From: Candidatus Hermodarchaeota archaeon | Lineage (GTDB): Archaea > Asgardarchaeota > Hermodarchaeia > Hermodarchaeales > Hermodarchaeaceae | Direction of reading: 5' to 3' | Length of the DNA stretch: 64,000 nt | NCBI GenBank assembly: GCA_016839805.1 | Contig: JAEOTO010000036.1 | Coordinates: 1-64,000 of the forward strand | In this document: in pieces, positions 38,460-48,505 of the stretch | How the letters are laid out: the number at the start of each line of letters is the position of its first letter | Position numbering within the stretch: position 1 is the first letter of the stretch | Program-made: the position numbers and the translations under genes | Notes under the pieces: generated by a model | The model's input: the letters and a program-made list of their open reading frames with translations, nothing else | What the model was told of the DNA's origin: nothing | The model's database searches: none

Positions 38460-38933
38460 TTAGTCGTTTGAGTCGGTGTCTAATGCCTGAAGAAGGTCAT
38501 GAGCAAGCCCAGTAGTGGTTCGCACAATATCACGACAACGCGTTTCCCATAGCTGCTGGTCCTTGTAGATTTTTCTGTCCTCCGCGCGATGTAAATTTAA
38601 TCCGATAAGGTCTCGACACCGAATATGGCTAAACCAGGCAACAAACAAATTGACAATATTAGTGCTAAACCCATAAGGGGGTGTATCCGGAGGTGTCTCC
38701 GATACTAATGTACGGCCAAACCGAAGTCCTAATCCCATTACGGCACCAGACAGGGCTCCACACACTTCACCATGCCGACCAATCCCCGCCCCAAAACCTG
38801 TAGCAATTTTGGGGATAACCTCGCTTTGAATATTCAGATACTGGCTTAAAGCTAATAAAACTGCCTCAGAACATAAGTATCCCTGTTCAGTAAATTGCTC
38901 AGCTAGGCTCATAATTTCCTTTTTTGATAGCAT
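38460..38933 (-). CDS. C_GCAxxG_C_C family putative redox-active protein
   Basis: CSEAV, GFGAGIG, CGALSG, C..L, C motifs. Confidence 0.88.
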   Translation of the reverse strand: MLSKKEIMSLAEQFTEQGYLCSEAVLLALSQYLNIQSEVIPKIATGFGAGIGRHGEVCGALSGAVMGLGLRFGRTLVSETPPDTPPYGFSTNIVNLFVAWFSHIRCRDLIGLNLHRAEDRKIYKDQQLWETRCRDIVRTTTGLAHDLLQALDTDSND

Positions 38934-38972
38934 ATGAGGTCTCCTTTAGTTGACGTGCAATGTTTCCTAAAA

Positions 38973-41012
38973 CTAGTTTGTGGTTTTGTCAGGTGATGTT
39001 GCATCGTTGGAATTCCTTGTCTCAGATGAGTTATTTGGCGGATCACGACGATAGTGCCAAAGAATAACTCCTAAAATTACTAGCCAAATTGGGAGGATCC
39101 AAAATTGTAATCCAGGTGAAAGGAATGATACAATTACCTGGCTAATTGCTGCTCCCGCGATGAACCCCACTGCAATAACCTGTCCACGCTTGGCAAACCA
39201 TTCTTTACCATATTTTTTATCGGTGTATAAGCGGATGAACCCACCAATTGAGAAGGGGATGAAATAAGATGGTGGCAAGAACATGGCTAGTGCTACCCCC
39301 AGATATGAAATAGGAAAAAAGGTTGCTAGAACACCGACGATTCCCCCTGCAACAAGGAACGCAATGAAGTCAAATCCAGCTCCCGTTGCAGTGGTCGCAA
39401 AAATCGAAACGATGGCAAAGCCTTGCAGCACTCCTACGGCTGGAAAGGTCTCCGTAGGAAACCCGATTAAATACCACGCCGCAAGGACAAATATAACGCT
39501 CGTTATGACCCCCGGAAAAATCTTGATGAGCTGAGCGATAAGGACCGAGCGACGAGGAGTATCCGTCATACCACCAATCTTCATATTACCTAATAAGTCG
39601 GTTGTCGTGAAGGGATTAATCGCGGGATATGCTAGAAACGGAACATACCCTTGAACTCCGATCATGGCAAGAGGAATTTCGTAAAAAGCAAGACGTTGAA
39701 CGCCCATACCAATTCCAGCTTCTCCAACAAATTTGACCAAAACGAAGGTATCAATTAATGCTATAGGTAAGAGTAACACAATTGCGATTAGTACGCTGAC
39801 CCACATTGGATAGGATGAAAATACGTTGAGACCAACAATTACTGCAATGAAAATTAATAAAATACTTAGATATGCTAGCCCCAATCGTCGCTTCCGAACT
39901 AATCCTAATATGTAGCTTTTAGCATAATCACCAAACCCTACGGTATTTCCCTCCGTTTCGTCGGTTATAGATTGCGTAGTATTTTCTCCAGACTTTCTAG
40001 CCTTTAGGAGTCTTCGAATACCAAAAACAATTAACCCACTGAGGAGCATAATCCCCAAAGCTGGACTAAGCATATATTGGAATAGGAGATTGAAGTACAT
40101 CTCCATACCAGTGAATCCCGGTGTGACTACACCTAAGGTTACCAAGATTGGTGAAATCACTGCATAGGTGATAATCCCGGCTACGAGCATTGTAATGGAA
40201 ACTTTTGGGTCAATAATGAATGAAATAGCTAAGAGGCTGATATTTAGAATGAAACCCAAAGCAAATCCAGAAAGAAGAAACGGGGTAAAGTCCCAACTTA
40301 TCGTTGTGAATCCAAAGGGCATTACTAACAAATTGATAAAATATTGCAAAATTGTAACAAAAATTCCGATTCCAAGCCAACGAAACATAAAGCGACTTTG
40401 TTGTCCGGCTTCCATACAAGTATTAATGGTCACACCACTTGCGAGATAGAACGGGAATTTTGTTTGTTTCCGGGTTTGAATGTAATCCACTACTGCTAAG
40501 GCTGCAATAAACCCAAGGAGTGTTGATAGAAACACAAAACCGAGGTGGAAGAGAATTGGGGGTATCCAGCTGGGATCGAACGGACTTCCATAGAGTAGCA
40601 CATCTTTGGATGGGACAAGCCAAAATGGTAGAGTATACACAGTATACGCTTGCACATACATGGAAATAGTTAGCATATAATACACGACGAAACCTGTAGA
40701 AGCAATCATGGTTGTAGCAATTTCTTGGCGATTCGAACCACCGCGTGCAACATGAAATAAGGTATATGCTGTTAGAACGGTGACAATGCCAAAGCCCAGA
40801 CCAAATCCGAAGTTAATGCCGAGATAAGCGTTGATGGTCGTATACACCACATTAAGAACGACTGCTAGCATGATGCCCCGAAGCGTAATGCTTTGCATCG
40901 AAGGGTTTTTTGAAGGTTTGTCCAGGCCTTTTTCACTGGTCTCACAGAAAGGATCAGGCTGATGTTGACCGGGTCCTAATTCCTCATCACGCAAGGGTTC
41001 AGAATCAGTCAT
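38973..41012 (-). CDS. OPT-family oligopeptide transporter
   Basis: ITLRG...NAYLG, many TMs, GFIAGAA near the C-terminus. Confidence 0.75.
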   Translation of the reverse strand: MTDSEPLRDEELGPGQHQPDPFCETSEKGLDKPSKNPSMQSITLRGIMLAVVLNVVYTTINAYLGINFGFGLGFGIVTVLTAYTLFHVARGGSNRQEIATTMIASTGFVVYYMLTISMYVQAYTVYTLPFWLVPSKDVLLYGSPFDPSWIPPILFHLGFVFLSTLLGFIAALAVVDYIQTRKQTKFPFYLASGVTINTCMEAGQQSRFMFRWLGIGIFVTILQYFINLLVMPFGFTTISWDFTPFLLSGFALGFILNISLLAISFIIDPKVSITMLVAGIITYAVISPILVTLGVVTPGFTGMEMYFNLLFQYMLSPALGIMLLSGLIVFGIRRLLKARKSGENTTQSITDETEGNTVGFGDYAKSYILGLVRKRRLGLAYLSILLIFIAVIVGLNVFSSYPMWVSVLIAIVLLLPIALIDTFVLVKFVGEAGIGMGVQRLAFYEIPLAMIGVQGYVPFLAYPAINPFTTTDLLGNMKIGGMTDTPRRSVLIAQLIKIFPGVITSVIFVLAAWYLIGFPTETFPAVGVLQGFAIVSIFATTATGAGFDFIAFLVAGGIVGVLATFFPISYLGVALAMFLPPSYFIPFSIGGFIRLYTDKKYGKEWFAKRGQVIAVGFIAGAAISQVIVSFLSPGLQFWILPIWLVILGVILWHYRRDPPNNSSETRNSNDATSPDKTTN

Positions 41013-41272
41013 GAAAAGCTCCTCAATATTCTAATAACGGTTAGGAGGTCTGTGATTCTGCACATTGCGTTTCAAGATATACAAATGCGTTGTGAAGATT
41101 TCATAATAACGCATAATTCATCACCAAATCTGTAAAGACCTGGTCATAGTACAAAGAAAATCCGTGAAAAACTGCTCAAAACACTGGTCACTATCTGAGC
41201 ACTTTGAGAAATCGTAAAACAGTGCTACTCAAATACTAAGACCTCCTTTTCCGATTAGAGGACTGACTTTTC

Positions 41273-42448
41273 ATGATTAATTTTCAACTCACAGATGACC
41301 AACTAGCCCTTCAGGAAAAAGCCCGAGAATTTGCATTAAATGAAGTTCTTCCGATTTCACAGCACTATGATCAAACTGGTGAATTTCCTCGTAAGATTAT
41401 TGCTAGGGCGCACAAAGCAGGTCTCATGAATTTAGGTATACCCAAAGAATATGGTGGTCCAGATTATGGATCCCTAGATTCAGTCTTGGTTGTGGAAGAA
41501 TTTTCAGCAGCTTGTGCTGGCATGACGACCTCCATTTACGTTAACGATCTCGGTCTAGCCCCTATTATACTGGGGGGAAGTGAAGCACAAAAACAGAAGT
41601 GGCTACCACCACTCACCAAAGAGCTCCGCTTCGTCTCCTTTGCTACTAGTGAACCAGGCATGGGTTCAGACGTCGCTGGTATCAAATGTAGTTATGAACG
41701 AAAAGGTGATGATTTCATTCTCAATGGGAACAAGTTCTGGATTACTAACGGCAATCACGCTGACTTATTCGTCATCTTTGCTCGACAAACGGGCAGTGAA
41801 CGTCATACTGGATTGTCTGCATTCATTGTTCCAGCAGATACTGAAGGGCTCTCAACTGGGAAACCCTTGAAAAAGCTGGGTCATCGGGCCTCAGATACTG
41901 CTGCTGTCATCTTAAGGGATGTCAAAGTGCCTGCAGAAAATCTTCTCAGCACCGAAGGAATGGGCTTTCTATTAGCGATGATGACCTTTGTCAAAACCCG
42001 CCCCGCCATCGGTGCCATGGCTACTGGTCTCGCTCGATCTGCCATGGAATATGCTATAAACTTCGCAAAACAACGAGAGGCTTTTGGTAAGAAAATCAGC
42101 AGCTTCCAAGCCATCCAAGACATGACAGCTGATATGTATGCTCGGATTGAAGCCATACGTCTCCTTACCTGGAAAGCTGCATGGATGGTCGACCAAAAAA
42201 CTGATGGTAACCTCGCCAACGTAGCCTCATCTTGTGCCAAACTAATCGGTGCTGAAGATGCCATGAAAATCGTTACCGATGCTCTCCAAATCTATGGTGG
42301 TAAAGGCTACCTTGAACAATATCCCATCCAAAAACTCTTCCGCGATGCCAAACTCTACCAAATCTATGAAGGAACGTCGCAAATTCAGCGGTACGTAATT
42401 TCACGGTATCTCTTTAAAGAATATAATCCGATAATGAAGAATTTTTAA
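41273..42448 (+). CDS. Acyl-CoA dehydrogenase
   Basis: SEPGMGSD, NGNKFWITNG, REAFG, QIYGGKGY, IYEGTSQIQ motifs. Confidence 0.95.
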   Translation: MINFQLTDDQLALQEKAREFALNEVLPISQHYDQTGEFPRKIIARAHKAGLMNLGIPKEYGGPDYGSLDSVLVVEEFSAACAGMTTSIYVNDLGLAPIILGGSEAQKQKWLPPLTKELRFVSFATSEPGMGSDVAGIKCSYERKGDDFILNGNKFWITNGNHADLFVIFARQTGSERHTGLSAFIVPADTEGLSTGKPLKKLGHRASDTAAVILRDVKVPAENLLSTEGMGFLLAMMTFVKTRPAIGAMATGLARSAMEYAINFAKQREAFGKKISSFQAIQDMTADMYARIEAIRLLTWKAAWMVDQKTDGNLANVASSCAKLIGAEDAMKIVTDALQIYGGKGYLEQYPIQKLFRDAKLYQIYEGTSQIQRYVISRYLFKEYNPIMKNF

Positions 42449-42482
42449 TTGACTTGAATGCCGTAACAATAAGAAAGAATGC

Positions 42483-42535
42483 ATGGGGAAGTCTTCACAA
42501 GGTCTAGGTGAGTTCCCTCATACTTTGTTATTTCT
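42483..42535 (+). terminator. Hairpin terminator-like element A
   Basis: ATGGGGAA...TTCCCTCAT stem followed by a T-rich tract. Confidence 0.4.
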
Positions 42536-42588
42536 TCCACTCGGGTATCTTTGTTATGTATTCGTCGACATGCTTTTTTACTGCAAAT

Positions 42589-43251
42589 TCACGATCGGTA
42601 TTTGATTATTAACGAAATGATAGCATGGGCAATTTCATTCGCGAGATCACCGATTCTTCCAAGAAGTTTGATAACATCATGCAAAATCACAAACGTTGAA
42701 GTTTTTATTTTATATTTCATCAGAAGCTTAAGTGTTTCAAACTCAACATTCCGGTTCTTTTTACGAATGGGTCGTACCTTGTGCGCTTCATCCATAGCAG
42801 AATCAAAGTCTGTACTTAGAAAGATGATACTATTCGCAACCGCTTCTGTAGCCTCAAGGCAATTATGACCCATTTCACTTAGTTTCTCCTTAATTGGTAA
42901 TTTTATAGGCTCATCAATAAGCCGGAATTTTCGAACAACGATTTCACTTCGATCCGCAATGTCATCCATTTTTTCAACTAGCGAATATCGCTCGCTACTA
43001 GTCACCGGAAGTGCCGTTGTCCGAAGTTTTTCATCAATGCGTTCTTCAAATCGATCTGCTTCAGATTCTAACACTAGCACACGTTCAGCAAGTGCCTTTT
43101 CTTCCTTATGGAGGCGGTCATCAGCCTTTTTCTTCAAAATAATATCAAGGTATTTACTAAGTGCTGTCACTGTGTCCAAAATAATCTTGGTGTATTCACT
43201 GATGAGTTCGCTAATTTCTTTCTCCTCTTTTTTTCTCCACAATCTTGACAC
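42589..43251 (-). CDS. DUF47/PhoU-like phosphate transport regulator
   Basis: LESEAD...MDDIAD motifs; downstream of the PiT gene. Confidence 0.85.
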   Translation of the reverse strand: MSRLWRKKEEKEISELISEYTKIILDTVTALSKYLDIILKKKADDRLHKEEKALAERVLVLESEADRFEERIDEKLRTTALPVTSSERYSLVEKMDDIADRSEIVVRKFRLIDEPIKLPIKEKLSEMGHNCLEATEAVANSIIFLSTDFDSAMDEAHKVRPIRKKNRNVEFETLKLLMKYKIKTSTFVILHDVIKLLGRIGDLANEIAHAIISLIIKYRS

Positions 43252-43342
43252 CTGAACGCGAGTTTTGGGATTTTCTAGTCTAAAATACTTTGTATAGCAT
43301 GGTAATTGTGCCTAAATAAAAACCATACTGAAACAGCTTTAA

Positions 43343-44359
43343 CTAAATACCTCCCAACATAAGAAAGAAGGGCCTAATCGCTAAATAGAGCCAAAATAAT
43401 CCAACAGCTAACAGGGCAGAGAGTGGAACTGTTAGAAACGAAGCAATTACAATCTTGTTTAATCCTGGACCCCTAACTGGGTTTCGGTTCGCGAGTCCGA
43501 CTCCCACCACTGCTGCTACTAGAACATGAGTTCCTGAAAGGGGGATACCCCAAAGAGTTCCGACTAAAAGAACTGAAGCCACTGCAAGTTCTGCTGAAAA
43601 ACTTGTACTGGGACGTAGTTCGGTTACCTCCATCCCCACTGTAGCTACAACTCGTCGTCCAATTAAAAACAAACCAATGGCCATTCCAATACCTCCAAGA
43701 AGTAAAAACCATGACCATAACGCAGGGTCCGGAAAGACCATTGTTAGGATTCCGACGGCTTTAGAAACGTCATTTCCTCCCCGGCTCAAAGCAGTAATTA
43801 CGACTACGACGAGTAGCAGCCATCCAAAAATTCGCTCTAATCGTTCGATTTTATCCAGGCTTGTGGCTTGGGGTAATATGGTTTTGCTCACCGCTAGTTG
43901 AACTATGAATGCAATCATCAAGCCAAAGATTGGACTCAGAACCCAGCCAATTGCGATCTCTGTCATAGTGTACCAATTGACTAACGGTCCCTGAGTGATC
44001 AGTTCGATGAGGAGTCCCACACCCAATACGCAGCCAACGATTGAATGTGTGGTTGAGATTGGATAGCCACGAAGAGACGCAACAAGAAGCCATATTGTCA
44101 TAGCGATAACTAATATCAGTACAAAATCAAAGGGCAGCGGGGTTAGTACCATATCTTGCCCAATAGTCTCAGATACTCCCGCTCCTAACAATTGGGCACC
44201 AATAACTTGAAGGCACATCCCCAAAAGAATCGCTGCATTCAATTTGAGTACTTTTCCACCAACAACACTTGCCATTGTCTCATCATTTGCCCCAATCGCT
44301 ACTGCAACAATAAACACGAGAATGAGTAGGACTGCAATCCATAGTATTGGGGAAATCAT
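43343..44359 (-). CDS. PiT-family inorganic phosphate transporter
   Basis: GANDE, PISTTHSIVG, GGNDV, PLSGTH motifs. ATG 44359 preferred over track start 44482. Confidence 0.92.
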   Translation of the reverse strand: MISPILWIAVLLILVFIVAVAIGANDETMASVVGGKVLKLNAAILLGMCLQVIGAQLLGAGVSETIGQDMVLTPLPFDFVLILVIAMTIWLLVASLRGYPISTTHSIVGCVLGVGLLIELITQGPLVNWYTMTEIAIGWVLSPIFGLMIAFIVQLAVSKTILPQATSLDKIERLERIFGWLLLVVVVITALSRGGNDVSKAVGILTMVFPDPALWSWFLLLGGIGMAIGLFLIGRRVVATVGMEVTELRPSTSFSAELAVASVLLVGTLWGIPLSGTHVLVAAVVGVGLANRNPVRGPGLNKIVIASFLTVPLSALLAVGLFWLYLAIRPFFLMLGGI

Positions 44360-44479
44360 GAGTGAAATACATCCTCGGTGACTAAACCGTAGCTGGTCAC
44401 AATAAATTCTATATTTTCTATAGGTATCAGCTTTTTCGTAACTGAGTAAAAGAATTTTTCGAAATTGTATAGACCAAAT

Positions 44480-44531
44480 CAAAAAGAATCGATGAGGGAA
44501 CTTCTCACGTCGTGAAGATTGGTTCCCTCGG
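44480..44531 (-). terminator. Hairpin terminator-like element B
   Basis: GAGGGAAC...GTTCCCTC stem; TTTTT follows on the minus strand. Confidence 0.45.
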
Positions 44532-44588
44532 ATTTACGATTTTTTCGGAGTCTAAATGTCCTAGGTGATTAATACTAGAATCTAGTAA

Positions 44589-46193
44589 CTACTCGTCTTC
44601 TTCGAATAGCTCCTTGCTAGATTTCCGTGCTCTTTGCATACTCATCGCGGCATCTTCATCTGCAATTGGTGCAGCTTGGGCAACTCCCACTACCGAACGT
44701 TTGCTCATCTCTTCCTTTTGCCGTTCTGCAACCTGTTCGGCTTCCGCGATTTCTTCATCAAGGACCTTATCAGCCTTCTTGATCGCTTTCGCAAGAGATG
44801 CTGGAGCTTGACTCTGTACGGCTCTATACGCATTTTGGGTATCTTCGAGGATTTTCTTACTCTTCGCCACTTCACCGCGATATTGTTCTTCTCCTGCTCG
44901 TTGCACCGCATAGGTAGCCGGGAGTTCTGCATCAAGGGTGTCAATGATTGGCTTTGCATCATCAGTAACTTTTACTCGTTTGGTCATCACGCGCATGCGC
45001 TGGTTACCTTCATCATCCATATAGGAGACTTGCACTTGGATGGGAACTTCTTTCTCTTTCACTTTCGCAGAAGGGCTGAGCCGAACATACACTTCACGGT
45101 CTTCGGTCACGGAGCCAATCCGTATTCCCTTCCTTAGGGAATCTGCTTCAGCACCACCTAGTCCACTAACTTCTGCGAGTTCCACGTCATCGGGGGCAAT
45201 GACTCGCATTTTAACTCCCCGTGCGACAATCTTACCAGTAGATGAAGAGCTCATGGCATCAGCGATTTCAGATGCTTGGGCATAGTACATGGTTCCACCG
45301 GTTTGCATGGGCATCACGGCTAACGCTTCTAAGGCCATAAAAGCCGATGGATCTTTGATTCCTACCACATCGATGATGATACTAGCGTTCGCAGCTTTGA
45401 TGGCTAAGTCTTCATAGAGTTGGGCTCCAGTGGTCGAGGACCCTTCGAGGGCTCCGACACCTTCATTGGCAAGTCCATCAGTGAGAAGAATAATGCGTCC
45501 TCCTCTGTCTTTCATGATGATATACCCAGCGACCATGGCGGGACCGAGGGCTGTCATATCAATATCTCGGAGTTTTTGAATATTTGAAACCCATTTTTTC
45601 GTTGTCTTTTTTAATGGTTTGAGTTCAACGTTCTTCAATTTCTTCTCGACGGCTTTGGTAATTTCGTCCACGCTATACCGCATATCGCCTGAAAGTGTGA
45701 AGATTGTCTTCATGTTCTCATCATAACAGTACACATCACTGTGGAAGGCAAGGAGGCCAAATGCCGTTTTGGGGGCATTGACACTTAAATCGGTCACTGT
45801 CCGAATAAGTGACTCTTTTACAGCTGCGAGTTTACCGCCACCCATGGATCCAGAAATATCTATCACCGCAAGAAGCGTATCTTCAGTGATGGGTTTTGCG
45901 TGAGCAAGCTGTCCTAGAATAAATTCGGAAAGATCCGTTCCTGGCATTAGCTCTTCAGGAATGACATTCACGGTACCACAAAACTCGCACTGGAATGTCT
46001 TTCTCTTGGTCTGAGACACCTTTATGATCTCTGGATTGGTTAGGGCTCCTCCACAGTTGCTACACATGATGGGGCGAGTGCTGATTTCCTTTACTTTTTC
46101 TTTCATATCGGCAAAGGAGACGCGTCCAACCCAAGGCATATCCTTGAGGATCTTTTCGTCTTTGGGAAAATAATCTGAACTAGTTTTGAACAT
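44589..46193 (-). CDS. Sec23/Sec24-like protein (Zn finger + vWA + beta-sandwich + helical)
   Basis: RPIMCSNCGGAL...FQCEFCGTVN finger; IDISGSM, TALGPA, LLTDGLANEGVG; MRVMT. ATG 46193 preferred. Confidence 0.8.
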   Translation of the reverse strand: MFKTSSDYFPKDEKILKDMPWVGRVSFADMKEKVKEISTRPIMCSNCGGALTNPEIIKVSQTKRKTFQCEFCGTVNVIPEELMPGTDLSEFILGQLAHAKPITEDTLLAVIDISGSMGGGKLAAVKESLIRTVTDLSVNAPKTAFGLLAFHSDVYCYDENMKTIFTLSGDMRYSVDEITKAVEKKLKNVELKPLKKTTKKWVSNIQKLRDIDMTALGPAMVAGYIIMKDRGGRIILLTDGLANEGVGALEGSSTTGAQLYEDLAIKAANASIIIDVVGIKDPSAFMALEALAVMPMQTGGTMYYAQASEIADAMSSSSTGKIVARGVKMRVIAPDDVELAEVSGLGGAEADSLRKGIRIGSVTEDREVYVRLSPSAKVKEKEVPIQVQVSYMDDEGNQRMRVMTKRVKVTDDAKPIIDTLDAELPATYAVQRAGEEQYRGEVAKSKKILEDTQNAYRAVQSQAPASLAKAIKKADKVLDEEIAEAEQVAERQKEEMSKRSVVGVAQAAPIADEDAAMSMQRARKSSKELFEEDE

Positions 46194-46274
46194 TATACAT
46201 AAATCCCCGTTAAGGTACTGCTCCACGCTGATGTAATAGCAAGTACAAAAGCTTGTCGTGCATAATTAAAAAAT

Positions 46275-46324
46275 GTTTATTTGACAAACTATTCGGCTCA
46301 AAATTGTTTGTATGACAAACTATT
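46275..46324. promoter_or_regulatory. Two palindromic operator copies in the divergent promoter
   Basis: GTTTATTTGACAAAC (46275-89) and GTTTGTATGACAAAC (46306-20), each followed by TATT, 31 bp apart. Confidence 0.6.
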
Positions 46325-46363
46325 TAGATAAGAACCCTATAATTCACCTGTAAACCTGCTGCC

Positions 46364-47113
46364 GTGAAGAAAATGCCAGAACCTTTGAGTGATAAAATCC
46401 GGGGCATCAAACTGACCGAGGAAGGTAAGAGGCCTCCAAAACCAGTTTTTTTCATTACTGATTCAGAAATGGCTCAATCCCTTGATGATCCCGTAAAGGT
46501 CGAGATAATCCGGGTTCTTCGAGAAGGAATTGACGATACCCAAACGACTGAGAAGTATCATGAGAAAACCAAGGAGACAGTGATACGGCAATGGTCTGTA
46601 AAACGATTTGTCCTTTCAGTCGCTGAAATCGTTAAACAATCCAAACGGCGTCGCGAGAACCCTCTTTCACGTAATCAAGTCTACCATCATCTTCCTGGAT
46701 TAATTGAAAGCGGATATATCATGAAATTCGGAACGGTGACGACGGGAAAACGAACGACCGATTATTTCCGTCGAACAGCAGAAACATTTGTTTTACCAAA
46801 AGGTACGCCAGCCATTGATGAAAAGTTTCTCGCGAAACAACTAGCAAGTGATGTAGAATACATTGGTCGTGTCTTTGGGTTTTCAATACCTAAGACTAAA
46901 CACCAAGAGTTTATCCAGTTAGGTATTAAAATGTGGGAAATAAGGGACGAATGGGCAGACATGATTCTTCAGGATCTGAAGGAAGATTTAGTTGATTCAA
47001 GGTCTCTAAAACTATACGATTGGCTTTTTGAATTGACCATGTTGGGTATTGATGAGTACGTAGAATTAGGACGCAGGATGCGGGAACTGTTATTCATGGG
47101 AAAAACGGAGTAA
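46364..47113 (+). CDS. ArsR-like winged-helix transcriptional regulator
   Basis: LSVAEI...NQVYHHLPGLIESGYI...YFRRTA; similar architecture to 33259-33912. Confidence 0.8.
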   Translation: MKKMPEPLSDKIRGIKLTEEGKRPPKPVFFITDSEMAQSLDDPVKVEIIRVLREGIDDTQTTEKYHEKTKETVIRQWSVKRFVLSVAEIVKQSKRRRENPLSRNQVYHHLPGLIESGYIMKFGTVTTGKRTTDYFRRTAETFVLPKGTPAIDEKFLAKQLASDVEYIGRVFGFSIPKTKHQEFIQLGIKMWEIRDEWADMILQDLKEDLVDSRSLKLYDWLFELTMLGIDEYVELGRRMRELLFMGKTE

Positions 47114-47119
47114 TGGATT

Positions 47120-48505
47120 ATGGAAGATTTAGCGGAAATAGCGATTTCATCAGCTTTGGACGAAGGGGTGAGCTTCGCTGATATACGAATCGAAGATACA
47201 CACAAAAATCAAATTGAGATCAATAATGGTGTGTCAAAAACCTCATTGGGTGCACAATTAAAGGGAGCAGGTATTCGGTGTTTCATTGACGGTGCATGGG
47301 CTTTTGCTCAAACCTCAGACTTCTCGTCTAAAGGAATGAAAAAGACTGGTCAGCAAGTAGCTCAAATGGCTTTAGCAATTCGTGAGTGGACAACTGAAAA
47401 ATATCAACTCATTGGTCCAAACTTCCAGGATAGGGTCAAGATCCAAGTAAAACAGAATTTACTGGATGTTCCCTTGGAAGATAAAATCTCACTTGTTCAG
47501 ATGTTAGATCAAGAGATTCGTGCTGTTGATAATCGAATCATTAATGCTCGGTCAATCTATCAGGATCTTACTACTCAATTATATGTTGCTAACTCGTTGG
47601 GTACACGTGTATGGATATCGAACTCCTTACCACGACTTATCCTACAAATTATTGCCAAAGAAAATGGTGTTCGTCAACGTGCATGGGGGCAACTAGCGGG
47701 GAGAGGAGGTTTTGAAATCATTAATGAATCAAAAGCTCGAAAGATTGCTCACGATTCTGCGAAGTTAGCTATTGATTTACTATCATCCAAAACGATTGAA
47801 GGTGGAACACATGATGTCGTTATTGATCCACGGTTGAATGCGGCAATGGTTCATGAAGCATTTGGACATCCATGTGAAGCTGATAATTGGGTTGCACAAA
47901 CAACAATACTCGAAGGAATGCTAGGGGCTCAAGTAGGTCCTGAGTTCCTAAATTTAACTGACGATCCAACACAAAAGAATTGGCGTGGTTCCTTTGAATA
48001 TGATTGGGAAGGAACTAAAGCTATTAAACGCAACCTTGTGAAAGATGGAGTTCTAACTGAATTGATGCATTCCTTAGAAACTGCTTCTCGATTAGAAATG
48101 AAACCTAATGGAGCAGCTCGGTGTCAATCCTTTATGTATCAACCAATTCCCCGGATGAGTAATACCTTCATGGAACCCGGTGATTGGGATGTAGATGAGT
48201 TGATTTCAGACATGCAAAAAGGAATCTTACTTTGTGACTACAATTATGGATATACTGATTCTTCAAAGGGCCAATTCATGTTTCAGGCAAATTACGGTTA
48301 TCTGATTGAGAAAGGGGAAAAAAGTCACATCGTGCGAGATGTTTCCATTGCAGGACAAATCCTTGATTTTCTTACAAAAATCGACGCAATTGGGAAGGAC
48401 TTCGGGATGTCTGCTGGTACCTGTGGTAAGGCGAACCAACTTATTCCCGATAATTCTGGAGGACCCCATGCTAGGATTCGACAAGTTCCTGTAGGAGGAA
48501 TGTAA
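47120..48505 (+). CDS. tldD: TldD metalloprotease
   Basis: ADIRIE, HEAFGH, PIPRMSNT, GTCGK motifs. Confidence 0.92.
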   Translation: MEDLAEIAISSALDEGVSFADIRIEDTHKNQIEINNGVSKTSLGAQLKGAGIRCFIDGAWAFAQTSDFSSKGMKKTGQQVAQMALAIREWTTEKYQLIGPNFQDRVKIQVKQNLLDVPLEDKISLVQMLDQEIRAVDNRIINARSIYQDLTTQLYVANSLGTRVWISNSLPRLILQIIAKENGVRQRAWGQLAGRGGFEIINESKARKIAHDSAKLAIDLLSSKTIEGGTHDVVIDPRLNAAMVHEAFGHPCEADNWVAQTTILEGMLGAQVGPEFLNLTDDPTQKNWRGSFEYDWEGTKAIKRNLVKDGVLTELMHSLETASRLEMKPNGAARCQSFMYQPIPRMSNTFMEPGDWDVDELISDMQKGILLCDYNYGYTDSSKGQFMFQANYGYLIEKGEKSHIVRDVSIAGQILDFLTKIDAIGKDFGMSAGTCGKANQLIPDNSGGPHARIRQVPVGGM

